NCBI RefSeq assembly: GCF_035594765.1
Contig: NC_085845.1
Span: forward strand, 190,294,897-190,358,896
Source: Anolis carolinensis
Taxonomy: Eukaryota
Reading direction: 5' to 3'
Length of the DNA: 64,000 nt
In this document: positions 25,491-35,913 of the stretch, in pieces
Layout: each line of letters opens with the position of its first letter
How positions within the stretch are numbered: position 1 is the stretch's first letter
Program-made: the position numbers and the translations under genes
The notes under the pieces: generated by a model
Told to the model about the DNA's origin: nothing
Database searches by the model: none
The model's input: only the letters and a program-made list of their open reading frames with translations

Positions 25491-27387
25491 AGAAGATATC
25501 TTCAAATAAAAGACCCGTCAATATTCAAGAAAGACTGGGAACCCTTCAAACATTTCCTGGAAGAAAAGAAAATTGCAACATGGGAATTTCCTGTTTAAAA
25601 TGTTAGTCTATTACATAATATTTTACACTATGAACAAAATAATATGGAAACAAACAAAATTCTTATTTATATGAAAGAAGGATATATATAAAAATTGATG
25701 ATATATTTCAATTAAAAACAACGACAACACATAATCATTGTAAACATTCTATAAAATACACATATTTAAATGTATTTGTATACATACAAAATACATAGAA
25801 CAAAGATTAAAACAGGATGTGAGTTAAAAATTCATGATTAAAACTGACTGCATAGGTACACACCTGCAATTCTTCCCCTAATACCTGCCATGAGAGACCT
25901 ATTTAATGACACCAAACCCAGCCAATTATGAAATTTCCCAGGTAAAGTGTGATATTAGGGGGGAAACCTCCAATAAAATGAAAAATATCCTACCTGGCCC
26001 CAAAAAATGACCAGAAACTCACACTGCACGGAGGGTGGGAGAATGGGTTGAAATAAACCAATAAAGAGGACTTCTGGGTGTTGAATTGGACTGTTTATAA
26101 CTTCTTGCCCCGTGCATGTACCTTGTCCCTTCATTCACATACCCGATCAACATTTATCAGGGATGCAACACTCCTCCACCTCCTCAGCAGCTTGTGCTGC
26201 ATTGTCTTGGGTGCAAAACCTATGACAGAAATAGTATTTACACAAGGGTGGACTCCCCAATCATTCTTTGTTTTAATGCGTCCGCTGGGCAATGTCCTTG
26301 CGGATGGTTAATTCTCTCACACCAGAAGTGACTTGCAGTTTCTCAAGTTGCTCCTGACATGAAAAGATGTGTCTGTTCTGTTTGGGGGCAACTAATTGGG
26401 TGCAGGGCTGTATGTTTAATATTTTATAGCAGGTGTGAGGATCATGTAGCCCCTTCATATGTAGTTGGACTGTAGCTCTCAGCATTTCTCACCCCTGGCT
26501 ATCCTGGCATGGGATTCTGGGAGTTGCAGCTCAACAACATCTTCAGGGGAGTTTCATTCCCATTCCTGGGTTATAGAGTAATCAATACAGCCTTCATTAT
26601 ACAGTCCCACCAACTCATCCCCTCAGGTTGCTTCTTTACATGCTAAAGAGAAAAGAAAATATCTTGCGCATCAGATCTTTCCTAAGTATTTCAGGGCTTT
26701 TTTGGTGTTGTCGAAATACATATTCACTACACTTCAGGTATCTTTTGAAGGGGGCCAAGTGTTATAACAGAAGGTATTCTTTTCTGTTGCTCCTTTCATG
26801 GACCATTTATCAAACTGTCTTGATGAAGTAGCTACACCAGTTGCTCTGCATATTGAGTATTCATCTTGAAAGCCAAATCCTTGCTTGAAATTTCTTCAGA
26901 TCCTCCCCAAATCTTATATAGCCTCCATATGGGGACAAGGAATGATTTATAATATCCCAGCTTTTCTATATGTGCATTGGCTCCTTTGAAATTGAATTAA
27001 ATGTGCTTCTCTGTTAGTAATGATGTTGCTCTCTGGTGGCCCAAAGCCTAGAAAAGGATCTAAGCCTTAATTCTACTGACAGCTAATAGAGCTATTCCTT
27101 TTAGCTGGAGTGCTAAAGGTCTTTGCTTTGGGAACTGGCAGGTTCAAAGTTTATCCACTGAGCTAGAGAGTTGTCATTGAACTAATGATCATATACACAC
27201 AGTCAGTCATGGACTTGTTATTAGTATATTGGGTGTGCGGTGGTCCTGGGGCTGGTGAATCACATTTCAAGATAGGGCAGCTAAGAATCTCTTCTGACCA
27301 CTGAAATCCAGCCAAAACAGGGGAAAGCCAAGAACATAATCCAGAATTATGTTATGGCCAGCACTTGGACCAGTCACTATTTTGAGG

Positions 27388-27537
27388 TATAGAGTTGGAA
27401 GAGACCACATGGACCATCTAGTCCAACCCCCTGTCATGCAGGAAAAGCACAAAGTACCCCTGACAGACGGCCATCCAGCCTTCACTTAAAAGCCTCAAGG
27501 AAGGAGCTTCCACCACACTTTGTGGCAGAGAGTTCCA
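27388..27537 (-). mobile_element. CR1 3' end
   Basis: WNSLPQSVVEAPS and GGTTGGACTAGATGG...CTCTTCCAACTCTA. Confidence 0.85.
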
Positions 27538-27702
27538 AGTAAAGTTATAACTATTGTTCACAGAATACAATCTATGAACAATAACAGGAAGCCTAGCAGC
27601 TTTGAAGAGTATCAGACCTCCAAGAGCCACATGAAACTCACAGATCACACTTTGCCTACCCTTGTGCCAAAGGAAGTCATTTCTTCTGTGAAATGAAACT
27701 AG

Positions 27703-27860
27703 TAAGTAAGTAAGTAAAACTTTATTTATATACTGCTCTATCTCCCCAAAGGGACTCAGGGCGGATTCCAATAATAAATACAGACAGCATACATTACATA
27801 AGCAGCATAAAAACACAGTATTAAACAGCTTAAAATCTACAAATAAAAACAATAAGTGAC
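27703..27860 (-). mobile_element. L2-type 3' tail
   Basis: CCGCCCTGAGTCCCTTTGGGGAGATAGAG...ATAAATAAA on the minus strand; similar short tails at about 29590-29650 and 44750-44830. Confidence 0.65.
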
Positions 27861-30164
27861 AGTCACAACAACCTATGATTGAGGGGACGAGCATCATTGG
27901 TCAAATGAATTGACATCATCTGTTTGACATCATCAACTGGGTTCCAAATTATATAAAGATCTAAGTTACTAGATACAAGCCCTAATTATAAAGATATATA
28001 GGAACTAAGCTGAACAACATTCATGCCCAGGATTGCCAGGTCAGGGTATTCAGCTTTGCATGGGCACATTTATTGAGATTATTGCAGGTTCAAGGATTTC
28101 AATGCCAAAACCAGAGACATGGAGATAACCCCTTGTAATGTCATAGAGTGCTGTCCATGGTAATGTTGCAATGATGCTGTTACATTGGGCATCCATGGGA
28201 ATGGCATTAAGCATGATGCATTAAATATAAAGCGGTCACATCAAATATGTCATTCAAGAAAAAAGTCATCAAAAACATGAGGAAAATTCTCTCTTCTCTT
28301 TTCAAGGCAGTGCTCTCATCCTGAGATTCCTCCTTTTTGCCCTGAAAACCTAAAACAGAGGGACCATGCCCTAACACCTGGCAAGCCTACCCATCACTAC
28401 AACAAACCTTCCACTTCATGCTCAATACGGCATATTTGGATATCCCCTGGGCGTAATTTTAAGATTCCCAACACTTGGGTGGCCACCTTGATTTTGTTAC
28501 TCCTGTTGTTCCCCTGCTTTTGACAGCAAGTGGTACAGTGTTTTCTTTATATTTACTATTTTCAGTTATCATTCTCTTGGTCAATGAACATTTCTCTTTG
28601 AGAAAACAAGAGGATATTCTGGAAAAGGAAAATATAAACCTCTGTGCCTTCCTCGTGGTGATCAGAAAAATTAAATTAATTACAGCTGCTTGGAACTTAA
28701 TACTTTTCCTCAGAATCTCTTTGTAAGTCAGATGATAAGAAAATCTAAATTAAACTTTAATTCCCTGATACAGAAAGCCTTGACTCCTTCGATCAGAAGA
28801 GTTCTGGAAGGCCTTATTCCGCCTACAGTGTACAGGTTTGTTACCGAATGGCCCGATTATATAATTAGACTCTGCTTTCATTGCTTTAATGAACTTATTC
28901 CAGCCCACGCTTAATTCTGAGGCATGATTGGAAAAAGCCCCATCTATGTAAAATGTACTATGCATGATCATGCAGGGCTGCCTGTAGATCAAAACGGGAG
29001 GTTTTATTGATTAAAGCCTCCCTGCAGTAGAGATTTAGAAAAAAAAAAGAAGAAGCAAGGGGATGTTTTATCTTGCTATCTATTTGAAAGATATAGATTC
29101 CGGTTATTTGCTGAGGTAAGAGAATGTCTGCCGTATCAAGTTCTTGACACAAGGACTGACAGGAGTAGAGACCCCTTTGAAGATTTACCTTCCTAGCTTG
29201 GGGAAAGCAGCAGCAGCCTTGTTTTCAGAAGAAAATTGTACCATCCAAGATACCAAAGAGTATTAAATCCTCTGTCTTGGAAATGTGTCCCACATTGTTC
29301 TTGAAAAGGCAAGAGAAGAGGCCTAAACATTTCACTTCTATCTTAGTGCTGAGGGGGGTGGAAGGGTGGGCACTTTCAGGTCATTTCTGCATTGGAGAAA
29401 TGGCATGTGATCTCTGGAGCTGATACCAAGTTCTTGTCCTACATGTGTCCTATTTAATCATTAGACTACAGTATGACTTCCATATCCCCAAGGGAGACAT
29501 TCCTGCACTTACTATGGAAATGTGAAAGTATATGTAATACCGAATCCTATTGCAATGAATGACTTCCAGCAGAAACATAGCATAGAATAACAACAACAAC
29601 AACAACACTTTATTTATATCCCACTTTCTCTCCCCGAAAGGACTCAGGGAATCATGCTGTAGGATCTAGAAAATGCCTAGAGAGAACATATCTTTAGTAT
29701 TCCTAGGTTCTACAGTACAACTCTATAGACACTGTCCAGTGGAATCATACCATAGAATCATGCTGGAGGACCTGGAAAATGCCCATGGAGAAAATCTCTT
29801 TATTATTTCTAGGTCCTTCAGCAAGACCCTGTGTTGAACCTCTGCTGGAAGCATACCATAGAATTGCCCTGGAGGACCTAGAGGTAACATTTTCCATATG
29901 TGGGTAAGTGAAATTGCAGATACCAGTCCCATAAATGTGTGTGTGTGTGGTGGGGGGTCATGTTGTATTTCATATTTGTTTGTGGCCCCAGGCAGAGATA
30001 GAGAAATTACTAATGGTGTCCAAATTCGGAATGTGTCTATATCAGGCTAACATTTTTGCCTTTGACAGCCTGGCCGGGAGGGAAAAGGATAGTCAGGCAC
30101 ATGCTGGGTGGGATGAATCTGGGAGGGGCAGGCCTGGAAGAGGGCGAGGCCAGAAGAGCATTTC

Positions 30165-30610
30165 TTTTTTGTTTATTTATTATTTACTGCATTTATATTC
30201 TGCCCTTCTCACCCCAAAGAAAATTCAGTGCAGATCACAGAACACCTATATGGCAAACATTCAATGTTGTTATACAGACAAGGCAGACAACAGATAGAGG
30301 TATTTATAGGCATTTTCCCTTCTTCGGCATCCTGGAGGTTGTGCTTGATTCCAGCCACAGGGGATGCTGTCGCTCCATCTTCCATGTCGAAGAGCCCAGG
30401 ATCATAGACTTCCTCCTTTCTTTGATCAACAGGAATTTCTGGTATTTCCTTTTTATGGTGCCATAAAATATCTCCCTACTTAAGCACTACCTAATTTATC
30501 CACTCATGGTTGTTTGGAAGTGCTTAGGTGGGGAGTGAGCTGGGCTGAAGGTCAGGCACTCATCCCAACCTGGGTTTTGAACTCCCAACCTTTTGATTGG
30601 TAAGATGTAT
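30165..30610 (-). mobile_element. Older copy of the SINE at 21674-22168
   Basis: Shared GCCCTTCTCACCCC, GGCAAACATTCAATG, GATTCYRGCCACAGGGG and GCTCACCC/ACTCATCC blocks in the same order. Confidence 0.7.
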
Positions 30611-31439
30611 GGCAAGCCTAAGGCAAAGTATTACAGGACTTGCGGAGAGTGTGTGACTCCCCCTGGGTCACACACTCTTTGAAAATCCATGGAAATCCAC
30701 TCACAGTAGTTTCAAACTCTAGTTTTCAGTAGTCAAAAGCTCAAATTACTAGTCTACATTGGCTTCCATAAAAATATATAGTGCTTTACAATGCTGTTCA
30801 AAACAAACCCCCTAGTTTTTGCTTTAGTCTTTGGTAGAAGTGTAAGAAAACAGAATAGTACGCAAACATACTAACAAATAAACTATTGCAGGAAGGCTCT
30901 GCCTTAATTTCATATTTCTAAGTTAAGATTCTGCTTCTAGTTTTAATTTGTTGATAATTTGAAGTCATTATCTCTCTTTTATCCTGAGACTTCATTAACC
31001 TAATAGCTCTTCCTGCTGCATTGTGTTCACCTCTGTGATATATTTGTAGAAAGCTATCATAGTTTTATCATAAATATCATTGATTTGCAAAAGGGTGACA
31101 TTATTTTGCAATGGTAATCATTAAAGAAAATAAATGGTTCAAGGATCGGGCTTAATATATTGGGTTTTCCCTTTTGCTAGATCAATGAAAATCAACAAAG
31201 ACATAATATTTTGCTCGATGTGTGTTAAGTGTGTTTATGAACTCTGAATGTCAGAGCAATGAGAAGTACTGTGCTGTCAGTTAGGCAAGGACGGAAAATC
31301 AAGTGCCTACAACTTTCAATTAGGTTAACCAATCCCTCCCTGTTTGTACCTCTATGTGGCCTGTCTAGTATTTACAGAAATCCTGTGCATTTTCTTAAGC
31401 AAGGAAAACTCAAAGGTGGCTTTCTATCCTCTGAAATAT

Positions 31440-31537
31440 AGTCTGCTACACATGATATTCATTGGCAGTCTCCCATCCAAGTACTCACCAGGGTTGACCT
31501 ATCACCATTCTATTAAGAGCAGATGAGATCTGGTGCC
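31440..31537 (-). pseudogene. 5S rRNA-derived fragment (5S pseudogene or head of a 5S-derived SINE)
   Basis: GTCTCCCATCCAAGTACT is the reverse complement of the 5S internal control region AGTACTTGGATGGGAGAC; CAGATGAGATC also matches 5S; flanks are degenerate. Confidence 0.75.
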
Positions 31538-32761
31538 TTAAACCAATCTAGGGGGCTAATCAAAAGTGACCTACTACATTAGAAGCAAGATTTACATTTC
31601 AAGCATATGAAGATTCAATTCATTTCTTGCTGTTAAGTTACAACCTCAACCAATATAAGTTCTGGTTTCTAATCCTGCACCATACAATCATGAATAAACA
31701 ATGGTTTCAAATACAAATGATTCATATCACCAGTGCAATTATATATTGTAAAGTTCTAACACTGACTTTTTTTGTTCCTCAGAGTTCTTGCCATGGTGAG
31801 CGCCTTTGAGGAAAATCCAAAACAAGGCAAAATAGTAACCAAACACCTCCTGGAGTTAAATTGCCTATCAGTTTCTGAAATCTGGGTAGAAGCAGGAGAT
31901 GATGGAAGTTCAAGTGATCATTAATTGTGCAGGCTTTCATTCTCTGCTTAAAGTGAATGTATATGTATGTGCAAGGAGGTAGGAGCAGGTAGGCTTGACC
32001 CTTCTATTGTCACTGAATGCAAAATGGCCAAAAAATTGTGGTGAATGAAGAACTCATTGGAAAATCTTCATATGACCCTGGAACTCAAGATTATCAAGCA
32101 TACCAGAAGCCTTGAGCAAGTGCTGTTTGTCTACTACATTCCTACGCTTTCCTTTTAACCACAAAATGAATGCTATAATTCAACTAATGACATTTTACAT
32201 ATCACCCACAAGATTTCTTAGGAAAGACTACCACTGAGATCCTACATCATGCTTGCATAGTGTAAATCTACACCTATGTACTGAGACACTAGTTGCCCTA
32301 CAACGCTATTCTATTAAATATCAATATTATGGAATTACTCGTGTGTTTGCCAATGTATTTATTGACCTATTTTTACAATGGGGAATACACAGTGCCTGTT
32401 TCTGAAGTCCTAGTCAATCAAGTGGTACACTGAAAGCAAAGTACAGCCTCTGTATCCATGGGGGAAGACATTTCCAGACTTTCCTGCAGGTACAGGGTCT
32501 TATTGTGTTGAGGAATCCTTTTGTACCATTGTGTGTCTGGAATCTCTTTTAACTCATCCTAAACACAGTAAAGCCATTAAGGACCTCATCAGACCGAAGT
32601 CCATAAACCCGGGGACAGCAGGGGAATCCATGGGGCAGTGGGACAAATCTATGGGACAGTAGGGGAAACCATTGAGCAGTGCCCTATATTGCCCTCTTCC
32701 CATTCCACGGTGTTTCTTGTCTGCCCCCAGCTTTGTCCCTTGATGTCCCTGGCTTGATCAA

Positions 32762-33628
32762 TGTGAGGACTCATGGGCCTTGTAGTCCTGTTCCTAGTAC
32801 TATTGTGACAGACGAAGAGGAAAACATGGGGTTTTTGCCGGTTCAGCAAGAGCCGGAGTCTCTTCACCTGCAGGATGTTGATGTTTGCCCTCAAGAATTC
32901 AGCCAAACAGGCCTTGGGCAGAACTCCCCACCGTTTCCCAGAAAAGAATCTTATTCCAGAGAAAGGGGAGCCAGGGAGGCCCAACGGAGGAGTTCACGCT
33001 TAGCTGCCAAACATCAAGCTGATTAGGTCTGCTTCCCTTGGGAAATTCTAAGGAGTCACACATCTGGACAGAGTTGGGTTTCGTTTCCCGTTCTCTAGGG
33101 AAAGAGTTCTGTTGATGGGAAAACGAGACCCAATATAGGTGTTTGGCGCGAGGAATTCTTTGCGGAGTCAATTGATCAGTTAGAGGAGAGAGATCGTGTG
33201 TGGACTTCGTAATCCCAGTTCCTTGCTTCCCGGATCAAGCTTCAAGCCTTGCCCTGTCTCACGGTTTTACCACGGACTCTGTTTCATGCTTCATGTTTGC
33301 CTCGTTTTCAGTCACGGATCTAGCCAAGAATCAAGTTTATTTCCAGCCTTGTTGTCAAGCTTCATTGGACTTTAAAGACTCTGTTATTTCCCCACACTAT
33401 TGCTTGTTAAAGTGTGTGTTTCGGTCAAGTGGATTAAAACTTTGAACTCTAATATCTTATATTGGACAATACATTTCTGGACTATATTTGACCTCATCTG
33501 AAAGGTCTGCTTCTGAACTATATTCTTCACTTGTTTTTATTGATTTTATATATTTCTTTAATAAAGATATTAGATAGAGACTGGCCTCTGTGTAAGGTTA
33601 TTGGTGCTCTGCAGCCTGGGTCCTGACA
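32762..33628 (+). repeat. 5' LTR of copy B (867 bp)
   Basis: TGTGAGGAC...GTCCTGACA; about 7 substitutions versus the 3' LTR by eye; TATA-like AATATA at 33132-33137 and AATAAA at 33560-33565. Confidence 0.97.
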
Positions 33629-33630
33629 GT

Positions 33631-33640
33631 TTGACTCCGC
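33631..33640 (+). promoter_or_regulatory. Self-priming primer-binding site
   Basis: TTGACTCCGC is the exact reverse complement of GCGGAGTCAA (33162-33171), which lies about 30 nt downstream of the TATA-like box; there is no TGG tRNA-type PBS. Confidence 0.85.
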
Positions 33641-33671
33641 CACCTTAAGCACCAAACAACCTAAGGCCAGA

Positions 33672-34654
33672 ATGTCTACAGGAACCGGAGCGGAGGCTCA
33701 ACCACTCAGTTACACCATTTCCCAAGATGAATTCAATCGAATCCGCGACACACTCCGCAGGAGGGAGAAATACGGGGCTTGAAGGAACGCGGAGCCCGTC
33801 TCCCTGCCCTAGCGCTATCAACCAAGTTTTCTGGAGAAGCCTCCAAGGTTCATGTTTTCCGTCGCCAGTGCCAGGCGTACTTAGAAGCCCACCAAGCCGA
33901 GTTTCCCCAAGAAGATGTCAAAGTGGCGTGGATCTACAGTCTCCTAGATGGGCCTGTGGCCACTTGGGCGACGGCGCTATATGATGCGGGTTCCACGCAT
34001 CTAAGCACCGCGCAAAATTTCTTGAACCACCTTAGAAAGACCTGGGGGATCGAGGACGACGAGGAGGCGGCCGGCCATAAACTCTGGCGTCTCTTCCAAG
34101 GGGACAGGCCGTTGTCCCGGTACATAGCCGAGTTCCGGGTGCTGGCTCAGAGCACCGGCTGGAACGATATAGCCCTTAGAGGACAGTTTCGTGAGGGCCT
34201 CAACATCGAGATGCAGGAAGAAATCTCTAAGGTAGATCCCCCAGGGACTCTTGAGAGACTCATCAACCAGTGTTTACGAGCCGAAGCCCTGCTTGCCAAC
34301 AAAAAACAGTGGCTCCGAGGCCAGAGTGGAAGAGCCGGAGTGAAACCCCCCGCTTCTGCCAGTGTTCAGCCACGTCCAGTATGGAGATCCCCACCGCCAG
34401 CCCCAAACCCCATGGGAAGCGAGGAGGAGCCGATGCAGTTGGGCAATGTGCGCCCCAGACTAGATGCTGCCGAAAAGGCCCACCGCCAATGTTTGAATCT
34501 GTGTTGGTACTGCGGGAATGGGGGCCACTTCGCCAGAGAATGTCCAGCCAAAAAGAAGCCCGCCGCCCGCCTGGCGGTGGCGTCCTCCGCGGAGCCGGAG
34601 GCGGCCGAGGCGGCTGGAGCAAAGCCGGCAGGGGAAGCCAGCGACCGGGCGTAG
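33672..34654 (+). pseudogene. gag: gag (capsid-like retrotransposon gag domain plus CCHC zinc knuckle), frameshifted near 33757
   Basis: ATG at 33672 gives MSTGTGAEAQPLSYTISQDEFNRIRDTL, then the frame shifts to QEGEIRGLKERG...KFSGE...LFQGDRPLSRYIAEF...FREGL...EPMQLG...CWYCGNGGHFARECP, ending at TAG 34652-34654. Confidence 0.92.
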
Positions 34655-35913
34655 AGAGGCTCGCCAACCCGGTCAAAAACCCCACTCAAGAGCCGCAAAC
34701 AGGGGTCCTATTTCTCCTGGTGGTCACGCTGTGGTCAGTGAAAAAAGGACCCGTCATGATCCATGCCATGATAGACTCAGGGGCAACAAACAATTTCATC
34801 GATAGAGAGTATGCTGACTCTCTGGGATTACAATATCATGATTTCAAGAATGCCCAGGTGGTGCAGGCCATAGATGGCCGACCCCTAAAGACAGGTCCAG
34901 TAAGCCAATGGACTGAACCCACCAGAATGTGGATAAGGGAACACATGGAAGAAATTTCTTTCTTCGTTACCGAGGTTCCCCACTTCCCTGTGATTTTGGG
35001 TATTCCATGGCTGACACTCCACGACCCAAACATCTCCTGGTCCAACAGAGAACTGCAGTTCGCCTCAAGATATTGCCAAAACCATTGTCTAGTAGCCAAG
35101 GTCTGCCATGCCACAGACGCAGAGCCCATCATCACCTTGCCCAAGAAATATTCGGACATTTGGGATGTTTTCAATGAAAAGGAAGCTGAGAAACTACCCC
35201 CACATAGACCCTACGACTGTGCCATTTACCTGGTGGAGGGGGCCCCAATTCCGCGAGGACACCTCTACTCCCTGACTGAACCAGAGCAAGAAGCTCTCAG
35301 GGAGTTCATAGAGTCAAACCTCCGCAAGGGGTTCATCAGACCCTCTCAATCCCCAGCAGCTTCCCCAGTGATGTTTGTGAAAAAGAAGTCAGGGGACCTA
35401 CGCTTGGTTGTGGACTATAGAGCATTGAACAATATCACGAAGTGGAATCGCTACCCCCTGCCTCTGATCTCGGACCTATTAGACCGGCTCCGAGGGGCCA
35501 AGGTTTACACCAAGCTGGATCTCCGCGGGGCTTACAATCTAGTTCGCATAAGAGAAGGGGACGAATGGAAAACCGCCTTCCAGACCAAATTCAGATTATT
35601 TGAGTCCCTAGTCATGAATTACGGATTATCCGGAGCTCCCGCAACATTCCAGCATTTTGTCAACGATATCTTCCAGGATTATCTAGATCGGTTCTTGATC
35701 ATATATTTGGACGATTTTTTGGTGTATTCTAGATCACAATCAGAACACGAGCAACACGTCAGAATGGTGCTACAACGATTGCGGGATCATGGACTATATG
35801 CCAAGTTAGAGAAATGCGCCTTTGATCTGCAAGAGGTAGACTTCCTGGGATACTGCGTCTCGCCACTAGGGCTCTCCATGGACCCGGCAAAGGTTTCAGC
35901 AGTATTGGAATGG
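34630..35913 (+). CDS. pol: pol 5' part: aspartic protease and reverse transcriptase, in the -1 frame relative to gag; truncated by a deletion
   Basis: AMIDSGATNNF (Asp codon at 34774), ILGIPWL, LPPHRPYDC, LVVDYRALN, KLDLRGAY, KTAF, YLDD (35704-35715), KCAF...FLGY, DPAKVSAVLEW. Confidence 0.95.

Noticed and set aside
32679-33026. 115-aa ORF spanning the left flank and the 5' LTR
   Set aside because: It is the U3 tail frame joined by chance to flanking sequence with a GTG start; U3 of the 5' LTR lies upstream of the element's own TSS.
34270-34629. N-terminal 120 aa of the 578-aa ORF as the true Pol start
   Set aside because: It is the -1 overlap with gag, begins at a non-ATG codon and has no recognisable domain; Pol is more plausibly reached by frameshifting near the gag end.
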